DNA of 64,000 nucleotides, from contig JBAWAH010000021.1 in NCBI GenBank assembly GCA_049589195.1, forward strand, positions 30,649 to 94,648, given 5' to 3'. A model generated the notes under the pieces. The model was not told the DNA's origin and ran no database searches. It saw only the letters and a program-made list of their open reading frames with translations. Below are positions 48,822 to 59,973 of this stretch, piece by piece. Position 1 is the stretch's first letter, and each line of letters opens with the position of its first letter. Position numbers and translations under genes: made by a program. This DNA is from Bacteroidota bacterium (GTDB lineage Bacteria; Bacteroidota; Ignavibacteria; UBA10030; JAHEZR01).

Positions 48822-48992
48822 AGTTCTCCTGGGCCTTCACGCCGGCAGTGACAAACTGGGGGAAGGGCATTTAGTGCGTCGGAGCATGATGAGGCTGCTC
48901 AAGCAGTTCTCAGGTCAGCATCACGCTCCGTGGGTCCTCTTCTCAGAGTTTCTTCGAAGATCATTCACTCATTCATCTTCCCGGAGGGAGAA

Positions 48993-49097
48993 ATGAACAA
49001 GCAGAAGGTCGTCCGGAAACTTAATGAGGCGCTCAACTGCGACCTAAAGGGAATGGGAAAAAATTCTGCGCGAGACCTAGCCATGATGATAAGCTAA
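48993..49097 (+). CDS. Possible 34-aa small ORF upstream of the O-methyltransferase
   Basis: ATG with a GGAGGGAG RBS 5 nt upstream; MNKQKVVRKLNEALNCDLKGMGKNSARDLAMMIS; no homology I can recall. Confidence 0.2.
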   Translation: MNKQKVVRKLNEALNCDLKGMGKNSARDLAMMIS

Positions 49098-49171
49098 CGT
49101 GTCGTTGTAAACACGAATGGTGAAGCTGCGATGTCGGGTTGCCGCCCGACATCGTTGTTTATGGAGGTCCT

Positions 49172-50209
49172 ATGCCGATACACCTAAGTGTGAGGGAGAG
49201 AGTTCTCTCCCACTTGAACAAGCATCCCGTCCCGATTCTCGATGCATTTGCGAATGTCCTTCTAGGTCGGGCTCTTATGGTGTGCAACTCCGTTGGCGTC
49301 TTCGATGCGCTCCACGGATCTCCGTGCTCAGTTTCTGAGCTCGCGGCGAAGACAGGGATGAGTGCGCGGGGTGCAGACATTCTCCTTCGAACAGTGGAAG
49401 CAGGAGGTTATGTGGTGAAGGAAGGCGGCCGCTTTCGGAACACGAAGGTCGCTGAACGGTGGCTCACCAAGACATCGCCTCATTACCTTGGGAACCTTGT
49501 GCGATATTTTGAGAAGCTCTTCTCACGCTGGGAATACCTCGGACACACTGTGGAGCAAGGGGAGCCTGAGAAGCCTTACTTCGAGTACTTCGACGAGAAC
49601 GGTTGGGAAATCTACACGTATGGGATGATGGATCTGGCTCGCTTCCTAATGCCACAAGTTGTGAGGGTCGTTCAGCTTCCCAAGTCAGCACGACGCCTTC
49701 TCGATATCGGCGGGTCACATGGTCTTTATTCAATGGAACTGTGCAGATCCCACCCAGGTTTGAAAGCGGATGTCATCGATCTGGAAAAGGTGGTGAAAGT
49801 TGGTCGGAAGATCACCGAGGATCTCGGAATGTCAAATCGGGTGATTCATCATGTTGGAGACTTCATGAGGGATACCCTTGGGAACGGGTACGATGTTGCC
49901 CTCGCGTTCAACATCATCCACGGATTGAAGCCACCAGAGAACATGTTGCTCATGAAAAAAGCCGGCGCTGCCCTGAACCAGGGAGGCGTGATCGTCATCA
50001 TGGATCAACTTCGGGATGGGAAAAAGGACAGTTCTCTCTCACGCCTCATCTCGGCTGTTGTTGGCCTTAATCTGTTTAACGAAATAGGTGGGAATTCATA
50101 CACAGCAAGCGAGGTTCAAGAATGGATTCACGAGGGAGGTTTCGTTGAATGCACTGTGAAATGGCTTCGTGCACCAGGAGTGGCGATCATCCAGGCCAGA
50201 AAACCTTGA
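49172..50209 (+). CDS. Class I SAM-dependent O-methyltransferase (family 2, N-terminal dimerisation/winged-helix domain)
   Basis: SAM motif LLDIGGSHG; N-terminal helix-turn-helix dimerisation region as in CrtF/BchU/small-molecule OMTs; GGAGG RBS before the ATG. Confidence 0.75.
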   Translation: MPIHLSVRERVLSHLNKHPVPILDAFANVLLGRALMVCNSVGVFDALHGSPCSVSELAAKTGMSARGADILLRTVEAGGYVVKEGGRFRNTKVAERWLTKTSPHYLGNLVRYFEKLFSRWEYLGHTVEQGEPEKPYFEYFDENGWEIYTYGMMDLARFLMPQVVRVVQLPKSARRLLDIGGSHGLYSMELCRSHPGLKADVIDLEKVVKVGRKITEDLGMSNRVIHHVGDFMRDTLGNGYDVALAFNIIHGLKPPENMLLMKKAGAALNQGGVIVIMDQLRDGKKDSSLSRLISAVVGLNLFNEIGGNSYTASEVQEWIHEGGFVECTVKWLRAPGVAIIQARKP

Positions 50210-50257
50210 TAGAGAATGATATCTTCAGTATATTCAGACTGTTCGAAAGAAAACATC

Positions 50258-51619
50258 ATGGCGAAAGTCCATTCGAAATATGTCTGTCAGAACTGCGGAG
50301 CCGAGTCCCCTCGCTGGATTGGAAAATGTCCGAGTTGCGGTGAGTGGAATACCTTCACTGAGGAGATCATCTCACGTGTGACAGCACGGCGCAAGGCGAG
50401 TAAGAGTGCAGAGCCTGCTGTGCCTGTTCCGCTTTCCGAAGTCGATAGCGCTGACAACGAACGAATCAAGACCGGCCTCGATGAGTTCGACCGTGTTCTC
50501 GGCGGGGGGGTCGTCCTCGGTTCGGTCTGCCTTCTTGGGGGCGACCCGGGCGTTGGCAAGTCAACATTGATGATGCAGGTTGCTGCGAGCCTCCGAGACT
50601 ACGTTGTCCTCTATGTCACCGGCGAAGAGTCGGTGAAGCAGATCAAGCTCCGATCCGAGCGGCTACGATTCCCGCCGTCGAAGAATCTCCTTCTTCTGTC
50701 CGAGACGAACATGGAGTTGATCAACGACGTCATCAGTCGGGGGGATCCTGACTTCGTTGTCGTTGATTCCATCCAGACAATGTACCGTCCTGAGCTTGAG
50801 AGCGCTCCGGGTACAGTCAGCCAGGTCCGGGAATCAACGGCGCTTCTGATGAGAGCTGCAAAGACAAAAGGAATCTCTGTGTTCATCGTTGGTCATGTGA
50901 CAAAGGAGGGTGTGATTGCCGGTCCACGAGTCATAGAACACATGGTGGATACTGTCCTTCAGTTCGAAGGCGAACGGCATTACTCGTACCGAATCCTCCG
51001 CGCGGCGAAGAATCGCTTCGGATCGACGAACGAGATCGGCATTTTCGAGATGCATGACACAGGGCTGTGCGAAGTGAAGAATCCGTCCGAGGTCTTTCTC
51101 TCTGAGAGAACCTATGGGACTTCCGGCTCCACTGTGGTCGCGAGCATGGAAGGGACTCGCCCGATCCTTCTCGAGGTACAGGCTCTTGTGACGCCGACGA
51201 CGTACGGAGTGGCACAACGCACGTCCACCGGATTTGATTACCGGAGACTCAGTCTCCTCCTTGCGGTATTGGAAAAGCGCGTCGGTCTCCATCTCGGGAA
51301 CTACGATGTCTTTGTGAATGTGGCTGGCGGTGTCAGGATTGAAGAGCCCGCCGTCGACCTCGGGATTGCTGTGTCAATTGCCTCGAGTCTCCGCGACGTC
51401 CCCACTGACTCACAGTCGGTTGCCGTCGGAGAAATCGGCCTTGGTGGGGAGATCCGTACCATCAGCCAGATCGAGAAGCGCGTCCTTGAGGCGAAGAAAT
51501 TAGGATTCAAGCGAATCATCATCCCGAAGAACAACCTCCGCGGTCTCAAAGGAAACGGGGAGATAGAGATCATCGGTGTTGAAAACATCGAGAAAGCTCT
51601 GGAGACATTACTTAAGTAG
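50258..51619 (+). CDS. radA: DNA repair protein RadA/Sms
   Basis: Zinc finger (CQNCGAESPRWIGKCPSCGEWN), RecA-like Walker A (GGDPGVGKST), KNRFG motif and Lon-like C-terminal domain. Confidence 0.9.
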   Translation: MAKVHSKYVCQNCGAESPRWIGKCPSCGEWNTFTEEIISRVTARRKASKSAEPAVPVPLSEVDSADNERIKTGLDEFDRVLGGGVVLGSVCLLGGDPGVGKSTLMMQVAASLRDYVVLYVTGEESVKQIKLRSERLRFPPSKNLLLLSETNMELINDVISRGDPDFVVVDSIQTMYRPELESAPGTVSQVRESTALLMRAAKTKGISVFIVGHVTKEGVIAGPRVIEHMVDTVLQFEGERHYSYRILRAAKNRFGSTNEIGIFEMHDTGLCEVKNPSEVFLSERTYGTSGSTVVASMEGTRPILLEVQALVTPTTYGVAQRTSTGFDYRRLSLLLAVLEKRVGLHLGNYDVFVNVAGGVRIEEPAVDLGIAVSIASSLRDVPTDSQSVAVGEIGLGGEIRTISQIEKRVLEAKKLGFKRIIIPKNNLRGLKGNGEIEIIGVENIEKALETLLK

Positions 51620-51625
51620 CCCGCT

Positions 51626-51883
51626 GTGACTATGAATCTTATTGGAATTCTTGGACTTCTCTGTATCGCTGGAGCCTGGATTCCCCAGACCGCGAAGACA
51701 ATCAGGGAGAAACGATGTGATATTGGGAAGCCTTTCCTCTCGCTCTACACGATCGGGAGCATTAGCCTCACGGTCTACGCTGTTCTGAATTTCGATCCGA
51801 TTTTCCTTGCCCTCAATCTCCTCGCCACGATTCAGAGCTTGATTAATTTCTACTACAGTTCCTTTCCGAAACATCTTGCATGA
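51626..51883 (+). CDS. Small membrane protein, lipid-A-disaccharide synthase N-terminal (LAB_N)-like
   Basis: 85 aa with three TM segments; pattern resembles LAB_N family proteins. Confidence 0.45.
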   Translation: MTMNLIGILGLLCIAGAWIPQTAKTIREKRCDIGKPFLSLYTIGSISLTVYAVLNFDPIFLALNLLATIQSLINFYYSSFPKHLA

Positions 51884-52476
51884 AGCGCCTCGTTCTCGCA
51901 ACTTACAATCCGCACAAGATTCAAGAGATTAAGGCGATAGTGGAAGATTTGGGTCTTGAAATTCTCACCGCTACGGACTTTCCAGTTATTCCTCCTCTTC
52001 ACGAGGACGGAAGCACGCTCGAAGAGAACGCTCTCAAGAAGGCTCGGATCGTCTTCCAAGCAACAAAGCTCCCAGCCCTTGCAGACGATTCTGGACTTGA
52101 AGTCTTCTACCTTGCGAAACGACCCGGTGTGCTCTCAGCCCGGTACGCTGGCCCACAAGCGAAATATGCTGATAATAACAAAAAACTCCTGGACGAGTTG
52201 AAGGGCGTACCTCCGCGGCGTCGCAACGCGCAGTTTCGCTGCGTGATTGCCTTTGCCACTGAGAATGGTGAGCAGACTGTCGAGGGCGTGACGGAAGGCA
52301 GAATCATCGAGGCACCGCGTGGGTCGAGTGGATTCGGCTACGATCCCATCTTCCAACCTACTGGTTATGAGCAGACGTATGCTGAGATGTCTTCTGAGTT
52401 GAAGAATAGAATCAGTCATAGAGCCAGAGCGTTGGAAAGAGTGAACCCTCTTCTTCGTGGCTACTTCGGGAGTTAA
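51880..52476 (+). CDS. rdgB: Non-canonical purine NTP pyrophosphatase (RdgB/HAM1)
   Basis: LATYNPHK...SARYAG...FGYDPIFQP signature. Confidence 0.85.
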   Translation: MKRLVLATYNPHKIQEIKAIVEDLGLEILTATDFPVIPPLHEDGSTLEENALKKARIVFQATKLPALADDSGLEVFYLAKRPGVLSARYAGPQAKYADNNKKLLDELKGVPPRRRNAQFRCVIAFATENGEQTVEGVTEGRIIEAPRGSSGFGYDPIFQPTGYEQTYAEMSSELKNRISHRARALERVNPLLRGYFGS

Positions 52477-52580
52477 CGAGTTCACTTCTCCCGCTCCCCT
52501 TTGTCCATTTCTTGTGTCGCTTGCCTTGTTTTTTAGGATCAAAACTCTTACTTTGGCGTTCGCTTGAGTGAGTGAGAAGA

Positions 52581-53459
52581 ATGAGTTTGTTTTCGTTATT
52601 CAAGAATGGGAAGATCAACCCTGCATGGCAGTTCGAGGCTGCGGGTCAACTCTGGAGAATTCTCTTTTCCGGTTCGGGGAGGATTGTCGGCGAAGATCGG
52701 GATGAGGAAAAGAAGGAGGTGACCTTTTTCTGCTTGGATGAACTAAGTGGAGAGGTGCTCTGGAAAGGCATCGCGTTTGAGGAACGATGGTGGATCGGCA
52801 TTGAGGCGTTTTATGATGGCATCGTTTACCTCCACGAGTACATCAAACCCGATCTCCCCCAACACAAGAAGATTATTGCGCTTGACCTTGATTCGGGCAG
52901 AATCCTCTGGAGGAATGACGAGCTTGAGCCTCTCTTTGTCGCCGGGGCAAAAATCTTCGCTGTGAGAAGCTTGTTTGAGAAAAGAGTCCTCTACGAGCTA
53001 GATCCTGTCACCGGAGAGATTGGAAGAGAGTTCTCGGAAGATGATGAAGGTTTTGAGACGGCCCAGAGACGGTTAGACCCGAGCCGACAGGACTTTGCGT
53101 TTCCAGAAGTCTTTGAGGCTGGAGTCGAGCAGGAGAACGAACTGAAGGACATTATCCATTCGCACTACGATTTCAGGAAACTAGTCGGAAGCGTCGAGTA
53201 CATTCATTATGCGGGCCTGTTGTTCTTCAATTACCATGAACGGATCGGCTCTTCTTCTGCGGATCATCCGGCCCTGAACAACATTTTCAAGGTCGTCAAC
53301 ACGAATAAGAATCGGGTGCTCCATTCCGAGGTGCTGAATGAGAATGCTTCTGCGCCGACGCCGGATTCCTTTTTCCTCAAAGGGTCTCAACTCTTCTACA
53401 TCAAGGACAAGAGGTGCCTCGTCGCGTTCCACCTTGACGAGTTTAGACGAAAGGCTTGA
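52581..53459 (+). CDS. Conserved hypothetical protein (DUF4905-like)
   Basis: Uninterrupted ORF with plausible codon usage; no assignable motif. Confidence 0.5.
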   Translation: MSLFSLFKNGKINPAWQFEAAGQLWRILFSGSGRIVGEDRDEEKKEVTFFCLDELSGEVLWKGIAFEERWWIGIEAFYDGIVYLHEYIKPDLPQHKKIIALDLDSGRILWRNDELEPLFVAGAKIFAVRSLFEKRVLYELDPVTGEIGREFSEDDEGFETAQRRLDPSRQDFAFPEVFEAGVEQENELKDIIHSHYDFRKLVGSVEYIHYAGLLFFNYHERIGSSSADHPALNNIFKVVNTNKNRVLHSEVLNENASAPTPDSFFLKGSQLFYIKDKRCLVAFHLDEFRRKA

Positions 53460-53486
53460 GTTCTCGAAGGAGGGATGTCGTAGCCA

Positions 53487-53906
53487 ATGAAAGCCATTTC
53501 AGAAAAAATCAGGGTTTCAACCAAAGGCCATACGGATGTCATTGACATCACAGGGTCCGTGTCCGGGCTGCTGGCAAAGCACAAGCTCCAGACTGGAAAT
53601 GCTACCGTCTTTGTCTCGGGATCAACCGCTGGAGTAACAACGGTCGAATATGAACCAGGCCTTGTGAAAGACTTGCCTGAAGCCTTCGAGAAAATCGCTC
53701 CGACAGGCAAGAGTTATCATCACGATGCCACCTGGGGAGACAACAATGGATATGCGCACGTCCGTGCGTCACTTCTGGGGCCTTCGTTGACAATACCGTT
53801 CAACAATGGGGGTCTGCTCCTCGGCACTTGGCAGCAAGTTGTCCTCATTGATTTTGATGATCGCCCACGCGAGCGGGTGATTGTGGTCCAGCTCATCGGA
53901 GATTGA
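53487..53906 (+). CDS. yjbQ: YjbQ/UPF0047 family protein (secondary thiamine-phosphate synthase)
   Basis: HTDVIDIT...YHHDATWGDNNGYAHVRASLLG signature; 139 aa. Confidence 0.8.
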   Translation: MKAISEKIRVSTKGHTDVIDITGSVSGLLAKHKLQTGNATVFVSGSTAGVTTVEYEPGLVKDLPEAFEKIAPTGKSYHHDATWGDNNGYAHVRASLLGPSLTIPFNNGGLLLGTWQQVVLIDFDDRPRERVIVVQLIGD

Positions 53907-53931
53907 CCTCAAGCCATAAGGAAAGCTCCTC

Positions 53932-55971
53932 TTGACCGCTCGGAATATCATCTTCTTGGTTGTCCTCGTCGTCGCCATCCTCGGTTTTGCCTTTAACGTC
54001 CGCCGACTGGTTCTCTATCTTCGACTTGGGAAGTCAGAGCAGCGAACGAATCACGGTTGGACACGGTTAAGGAATGTGTTGTTGGTGGCGTTTGGGCAGA
54101 GCAAGCTCTTGCGCGAGCTGATCGCAGGGTTGATGCACCTCTTCATCTTCTGGGGGTTCGTTGTTTTGCTTGCGGCAGTACTTGAGTCGATTTGTGAAGG
54201 TATTGTTTCGGGATTCTCATTCGCCTTTCTCGGTCCTCTCTACGGACCTCTGCTTTTTCTCGAAGACCTCTTCGGGCTCATCGTGGTTGTCGCTGTTCTC
54301 TTTGCTCTCTACCGTCGATATGTTCTTCGACCGAAACGCCTGGAGGGCGATCATGTCTCAACTGTCGATGCGACGATCATCCTGTTGCTCATCTTGTTCA
54401 TCATGGTCACCATGTTTGGACAGAATGCTGGCCGGATTGCTCTGAAAGAGGGGACTGCCACGGAATTTCGGATCATCTCATCGACTTTCTCCCTAGCGTT
54501 CAGTGGAGTCTCACCGAATCAGATTGAGGCATGGTCCTCCGTGTTCTGGTGGCTTCATGTTCTCCTTGTTCTTGGTTTTCTGAACTACCTTCCCTACTCG
54601 AAGCATCTCCACATTCTGTCCTCAATCCCGAATGTCTACCTCGCAAAACTGGAGCCCCGTGGCAGGTTGAAGCCTTTGAACCTGCAAGATGAGACCCTGA
54701 CGAAGTTCGGTGCATCAGACGTGGAGGATTTTAGTTGGAAGCAACTTCTCGATGGCTATAGTTGCACGGAGTGCGGACGCTGCACCGCCGCTTGCCCCGC
54801 GAACCTCACAGGCAAGGTTCTCTCACCTCGGAAGATCATCGTGGACATGCGTCGGCGGCTTATGGAGAAAGCTCCGTTTGTTCTTGCCGGAGTGCAGCCG
54901 GAGACAATCGGTGAATTGGAGGGCGACGGAGAACATCCCTTACGGAGACAACTTATCAACGACTACATCACTGAAGATGAGTTGTGGGCATGCACTTCTT
55001 GCCTTGCGTGTGTGCAAGAGTGCCCTGTGCAGATCGAGCATGTGGACGCAATTGTGGATATGCGTCGTTACCTTGTACTGAACGAATCGCGATTCCCCAA
55101 GGAACTGCAGGCTACCTTTCAGAATCTCGAGCGGAATTTCGCTCCTTGGGGATTCAACCACTCGACTCGAGCCGACTGGGCTGAAGGATTGAATGTCCCT
55201 CGTCTTTCGGAGAAGCAATATGCAGAAATCCTGTTCTGGGTTGGTTGTGCTGGGGCTTATGATGCTCGCTACAAGAAGGTAACGCAAGCATTCACGAAAC
55301 TCATGCAAATCGCCGGCATTGATTTCGCCATTCTCGGGATTGAAGAGAAGTGTAACGGAGATCCGGCGCGGAGAGCCGGGAACGAATACCTTGCACAGAT
55401 GTTAATGACAGAGAATATCGCGACGCTCAACCGCTACGGCGTGAGGAAGATCGTCACCACTTGTCCCCATTGCTTCAACATCCTCAAAAACGAGTACCCC
55501 CGGTTTGGCGGAGACTATGAGGTCATGCACCATTCAGAACTCCTCCAGAACTTGATAGATTCTGGGAAGATCAAGTTCACGAGTGAGCAACAGGCAAGAA
55601 TCGCATTTCACGATCCATGCTATTTGGGTCGGTACAACCAGTTGTACGAAGAACCTCGTGAAACGCTTAGAGCAATCCCGGGCACTGAGATTGTCGAGAT
55701 GCGTCGTTCGCGGGATAAATCATTCTGTTGTGGAGCAGGAGGGGCTATGATGTTCATGGAAGAGCGAACTGAAAAGCGGGTGAACATTGAACGGACTGAA
55801 GAAGCCTTAGCTCTCAAACCGAATGTCATCGGCACAGCATGTCCTTTCTGCATGACGATGCTGACGGATGGCGTAAAAGAGAAGGATACATCTGGCACTG
55901 CGCAGGTGAAAGATATTGCTGAACTTGTTTTTGAGGCAGTGGGGGAGCAGACACTTCTACGTGAATCCTGA
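53932..55971 (+). CDS. Membrane-anchored Fe-S oxidoreductase (HdrD/GlpC-like, two CCG domains, two 4Fe-4S motifs, N-terminal 5-TM domain)
   Basis: CxxCxxCxxxCP ferredoxin motifs (CTECGRCTAACP; CTSCLACVQECP) and two Cys-rich CCG motifs; hydrophobic N-terminal domain. Confidence 0.7.
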   Translation: MTARNIIFLVVLVVAILGFAFNVRRLVLYLRLGKSEQRTNHGWTRLRNVLLVAFGQSKLLRELIAGLMHLFIFWGFVVLLAAVLESICEGIVSGFSFAFLGPLYGPLLFLEDLFGLIVVVAVLFALYRRYVLRPKRLEGDHVSTVDATIILLLILFIMVTMFGQNAGRIALKEGTATEFRIISSTFSLAFSGVSPNQIEAWSSVFWWLHVLLVLGFLNYLPYSKHLHILSSIPNVYLAKLEPRGRLKPLNLQDETLTKFGASDVEDFSWKQLLDGYSCTECGRCTAACPANLTGKVLSPRKIIVDMRRRLMEKAPFVLAGVQPETIGELEGDGEHPLRRQLINDYITEDELWACTSCLACVQECPVQIEHVDAIVDMRRYLVLNESRFPKELQATFQNLERNFAPWGFNHSTRADWAEGLNVPRLSEKQYAEILFWVGCAGAYDARYKKVTQAFTKLMQIAGIDFAILGIEEKCNGDPARRAGNEYLAQMLMTENIATLNRYGVRKIVTTCPHCFNILKNEYPRFGGDYEVMHHSELLQNLIDSGKIKFTSEQQARIAFHDPCYLGRYNQLYEEPRETLRAIPGTEIVEMRRSRDKSFCCGAGGAMMFMEERTEKRVNIERTEEALALKPNVIGTACPFCMTMLTDGVKEKDTSGTAQVKDIAELVFEAVGEQTLLRES

Positions 55972-56005
55972 ATCTGAAATCCCAAATTAACGAATCTTCA
56001 TCTCC

Positions 56006-56242
56006 ATGGGTAAGATCAAATATCGCGTCCTCGTTGTGAAGTACAAAGATGTGCCGAAGAACCTCTACACGCAGGTTTTTGAGAGCAATGATGAGGCGGT
56101 CAAGGATGCACAAGAGAGGCTTCGGCAGCTTGAGGGTGATGCAGCGATCGTGACGAAGTTGGAGGGAACGACGCAGGAAGTTATCCAGCGGTTTGAGTGG
56201 GCGAAACCCGGAGCGGCGAAAGCAAAGACCGGAGCTCAGTAA
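56006..56242 (+). CDS. Small hypothetical protein, 78 aa
   Basis: ORF only; overlaps the hisG stop by a few nt on the opposite strand; no RBS. Confidence 0.3.
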   Translation: MGKIKYRVLVVKYKDVPKNLYTQVFESNDEAVKDAQERLRQLEGDAAIVTKLEGTTQEVIQRFEWAKPGAAKAKTGAQ

Positions 56243-57132
56243 ATCACTTTGTTGAGGGGATATTCGATAATACCTTCTGCGCCAGCACGCTTGAGATTCG
56301 GGATGATTGCTCGCACAACGTTCTCATCGACGATCGTCTCGAGAGCGATCCATTCTCCCTCGGAGAGTTCAGAGATTGTCGGCTTTCGCAGAGCTGGGAG
56401 GATTTTCAGAACTTTTTCTAGATCTGCCTTCCTGAGGTTCATCTTCAACCCCACTTTTTCTTCTGCAGTGATAGCTCCTTGAAGGAGCATCGCGATGCTC
56501 TCGATCTTCTCACGCTTCCACGAATCCTTCCAGCTTGCCCTGTTTGCAATAAGCTTTGTCGTCGATTCAAGCACGACGTCCACGATGCGAAGGTGATTTG
56601 CACGAAGTGAGCTGCCCGTCTCCGTCACCTCGACAATCGCGTCGACGAGATCGGGGGCCTTCACTTCCGTTGCACCCCACGAGAACTCTACGATCGCGTT
56701 CACCTTGTGCCTCTTCAGGTATTCCTTCGTAATGTTGACCACCTCGGTGGCGATCCGAAGGCCTTCAAGATCCTGAACCCTCTTTACCGGCGAATCCTCG
56801 TGCACAGCGAGCACCCATTTCACAGGCCTCATGCTCTGTTTCGCGTACACGAGGTCAGCGACATCGACCACCTTCACCCGGTTCTCGACAATCCAATCTT
56901 GGCCGGTCAATCCCGCATCAAACACGCCATCTTCGACATAGCGCGGGATCTCTTGAGCCCGAAGAAGCATTGCCTCGATCTCTTCATCGTCAATGGACGG
57001 GAAGTAAGAGCGTTCATTGACAGAGAAATGGAATCCAGCTTTGTGCATAAGTGCAAGGGTTGCCTCTTGCAGGCTCCCCTTTGGGAGACCGAGCTTCAGC
57101 ATTGGCTGCGACACTTCCTTTGGTATGGCCAT
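56236..57132 (-). CDS. hisG: ATP phosphoribosyltransferase (long form)
   Basis: [10 protein letters not shown]...DAGLTGQD...TGSSLRAN motifs; 298 aa including the C-terminal regulatory domain. Confidence 0.85.
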   Translation of the reverse strand: MAIPKEVSQPMLKLGLPKGSLQEATLALMHKAGFHFSVNERSYFPSIDDEEIEAMLLRAQEIPRYVEDGVFDAGLTGQDWIVENRVKVVDVADLVYAKQSMRPVKWVLAVHEDSPVKRVQDLEGLRIATEVVNITKEYLKRHKVNAIVEFSWGATEVKAPDLVDAIVEVTETGSSLRANHLRIVDVVLESTTKLIANRASWKDSWKREKIESIAMLLQGAITAEEKVGLKMNLRKADLEKVLKILPALRKPTISELSEGEWIALETIVDENVVRAIIPNLKRAGAEGIIEYPLNKVIY

Positions 57133-57133
57133 T

Positions 57134-57805
57134 CTATCCGTCCAATTGATAGATGTTCAAGTTGGGCAAGAGAAGAAGATACATTGCCCACATAGAGAAT
57201 CCTATACTGAGTGGAACAGCAAGATTATCGTCAAGGAGATCAGCAGAGAAAGCTTCGGCGAACATCCCGATGACCGCTGCGATGATGCCAATGATGTATT
57301 CACCGGGCATGTTTGCAACCTTTGGTGTGACAAACACGACGACGGTGGAGGAAAGGAGGAAGGCAGCACTTCCCTCAATGGATTTGCTTCTTGGGCGGCC
57401 GACAGTGATCTTGTGGCGTCCGAATCGGTGGCCGACGAGGGCAGCCGCAGAGTCAGCAATGATGAGGACGGCAAAGGCGGTAATCACAATGAGTTTGGGG
57501 AAAATCAAGATGCAAATCGTGGCTGAGACCAACATGTATGTCCCGCCATTCAGCGTCTTCACCTTCTTCCCGAATTCGTGCTCTCGCAGCAGCCATCCAA
57601 ACAAGGTGTGGAAGAGCTTGCTCGAAGGCTGGTGGTAATACCGTAGGACATCGACAATAACAAAACCGGCTGTGAGAGGGATGAGAATGGTCAGGGCAGT
57701 CGACTTCGAGAGGGAATAGTACAGGACCGGGATAGAAAGAGAGCAGAGGTGAATTGCCTTGCGGATGAGTTCGACGCGGAAAGGAGTGTTCGAGGCCTCA
57801 CCCAT
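57134..57805 (-). CDS. CTP_transf_1 family membrane protein (dolichol/phytol kinase or CdsA-like)
   Basis: [17 protein letters not shown]...KSIEGSAAF motif of the CTP-dependent kinase / cytidylyltransferase family; multiple TM helices. Confidence 0.6.
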   Translation of the reverse strand: MGEASNTPFRVELIRKAIHLCSLSIPVLYYSLSKSTALTILIPLTAGFVIVDVLRYYHQPSSKLFHTLFGWLLREHEFGKKVKTLNGGTYMLVSATICILIFPKLIVITAFAVLIIADSAAALVGHRFGRHKITVGRPRSKSIEGSAAFLLSSTVVVFVTPKVANMPGEYIIGIIAAVIGMFAEAFSADLLDDNLAVPLSIGFSMWAMYLLLLPNLNIYQLDG

Positions 57806-57810
57806 GAAGT

Positions 57811-59973
57811 TTACTTTTTGTCTTCGCGGTCTTTGTTTGCTGGTCGAGGACTCCCGACGGGTCCATCGACCCCTCGGGTTGTAGACGACTCGTCGAGCGC
57901 CAGAGGTTGAACTGGCGTTGCTGTCTTCGTACTTTCCGCACTCCCTGCCATCGGTGGGGCTTGTCCATCTCCCTTTCGAACGGCGGGTAGCTCCTCGCCG
58001 CGGATGATCTTATCGATTTCCTCGCCATCGAGGATTTCCCTGTCGAGCAGGGCTGCTGCGAGACGGTGGAGGGTATCGAGGTTGTCATCGATGATCTTCT
58101 CAGCCCGCTGCATGCAAGTCGTAACGATCCCTCTCACCTCCGCGTCGATAGTAATGGCAGTGTTCTCACTAAAGTTTCGCGTTCTGGTGATTTCCCGACC
58201 GAGGAAAATCTCTTCCTCCTTTGCCCCATACGTGAGTGGTCCGAGCTTCTCACTCATTCCCCACTCACAAACCATTTTTCGGGCAAGCTCTGTCGCCCGT
58301 TCAATGTCGTTGCCAGCTCCAGTCGTCAACTCGTCGAAGATTGCTTTCTCTGCTGCCCGACCGCCAAGGGCGTAGGTAATCATTGCCTCGAGGTACTGCT
58401 TTGAGTAGGTATGTTTCTCGTCCATCGGGAGATATGTGGTCACACCGAGTGCCCGGCCCCGGGGAATGATGGTCACTTTGTGAACCGGATCCGCTTCGGG
58501 TACCTTCTTCGCAACGAGTACGTGGCCAGACTCGTGATATGCGGTGACTTTCTTTTCCCGTTCGGAGATTATCAGGCTTTTCCGTTCCATCCCCATCATT
58601 ACCTTGTCCTTGGACTGCTCGAAATCTTCCATCGTCACGACTTTATTGTTTCTCCGGGCGGCAAGGAGAGCAGCCTCATTCGCGAGGTTTGCGAGTTCTG
58701 CGCCGGCGAGCCCTGGAGTTCCCTTTGCGAGAACCTGGAGATCGACATCTTCTGCAAGAGGAATATTCTTTGTATGAACACGGAGAATCCCCTCTCGACC
58801 TTTTGAGTCTGGGCGGTCCACAACAACTTGTCGGTCGAATCGGCCGGGTCTGAGAAGCGCGGGGTCTAATACATCAGGTCGGTTTGTTGCAGCGATGATG
58901 ATCACGCCGCTGTTCTGCTCAAATCCATCCATCTCAACGAGAAGCTGATTCAGCGTCTGCTCTCGTTCATCGTGCCCGCCGCCGAGGCCTGCACCACGGT
59001 GTCGTCCGACCGCATCAATCTCATCTATGAAGATGATGCAAGGTGCGTTCTTTTTCCCTTGTTCAAAGAGATCGCGTACGCGACTCGCGCCGACCCCCAC
59101 GAACATCTCCACGAAATCTGCACCGCTAATCGAGAAGAAGGGGACACCCGCTTCGCCCGCAACGGCTCGCGCGAGAAGTGTCTTCCCAGTTCCTGGGGGT
59201 CCAAGCAACAACACGCCGCGGGGAATTTTTCCTCCAAGCTTCTGGAATTTTCCCGGCTCCTTCAGGAACTCGATGATCTCCTGCAACTCCTGCTTCGCTT
59301 CATCAGTTCCTGCTACGTCCAGGAACGTGACGCGGGACGCACTCTCGCTCCAGAGTTTCGCACGGCTCTTTCCGAAGGAGAATATCCCCTTCGTTCCGGT
59401 TCCCTGCACACGGCGCATGATGATAAACCAGATCACAAGGAGAAGGACCCACGGGAGCATCTGGACCAATGCACCGACCCAGGTACTGTCTTCTTTCACA
59501 ATATTGAATTTGACACCTCTTGCGTTCCAGTCGTCGACCACTTTGTCGTCGAGGTACGGCAGCGTGAGGGTGAACCGTTTTCCCGGCACTTGCTTGCCTG
59601 AGCTGGTCGTAATCTGCGTTTGGCGCTTGAGCGTTCCGTGAAAATCATAGTTGTTGAGGTCGGACTTCCTGATCGTCGCTTCGTCGATCTCGTCGTTCTT
59701 CAGGAAGCTCTGGTACTGCGTGAAGGTGACATCGTACTCTTGGCCCTCGTTACTTCTAAAGAGAGTCATGACGAGGAAGACCGCAGTTATGATCGCAACC
59801 CAGCTGAGCACGACTCGTAGGACTTTTCCCCAGTTGAAATCGTCGTCGCTGCGAAGCGGCGGTGTGAGTTTTCTCCGCGATCGGAAACCGCGCCGCCCGG
59901 GAAGTTTCGAGCCGCCCGCGTTCTTCCGCATATTGTTGTCGTTTTTATTCTGACTTCGGTCCCCAGGCATCAA
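57811..59973 (-). CDS. ftsH: ATP-dependent zinc metalloprotease FtsH
   Basis: AAA Walker [28 protein letters not shown]-type zinc site (HESGHVLVA); N-terminal TM helices. Confidence 0.9.
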   Translation of the reverse strand: MMPGDRSQNKNDNNMRKNAGGSKLPGRRGFRSRRKLTPPLRSDDDFNWGKVLRVVLSWVAIITAVFLVMTLFRSNEGQEYDVTFTQYQSFLKNDEIDEATIRKSDLNNYDFHGTLKRQTQITTSSGKQVPGKRFTLTLPYLDDKVVDDWNARGVKFNIVKEDSTWVGALVQMLPWVLLLVIWFIIMRRVQGTGTKGIFSFGKSRAKLWSESASRVTFLDVAGTDEAKQELQEIIEFLKEPGKFQKLGGKIPRGVLLLGPPGTGKTLLARAVAGEAGVPFFSISGADFVEMFVGVGASRVRDLFEQGKKNAPCIIFIDEIDAVGRHRGAGLGGGHDEREQTLNQLLVEMDGFEQNSGVIIIAATNRPDVLDPALLRPGRFDRQVVVDRPDSKGREGILRVHTKNIPLAEDVDLQVLAKGTPGLAGAELANLANEAALLAARRNNKVVTMEDFEQSKDKVMMGMERKSLIISEREKKVTAYHESGHVLVAKKVPEADPVHKVTIIPRGRALGVTTYLPMDEKHTYSKQYLEAMITYALGGRAAEKAIFDELTTGAGNDIERATELARKMVCEWGMSEKLGPLTYGAKEEEIFLGREITRTRNFSENTAITIDAEVRGIVTTCMQRAEKIIDDNLDTLHRLAAALLDREILDGEEIDKIIRGEELPAVRKGDGQAPPMAGSAESTKTATPVQPLALDESSTTRGVDGPVGSPRPANKDREDKK

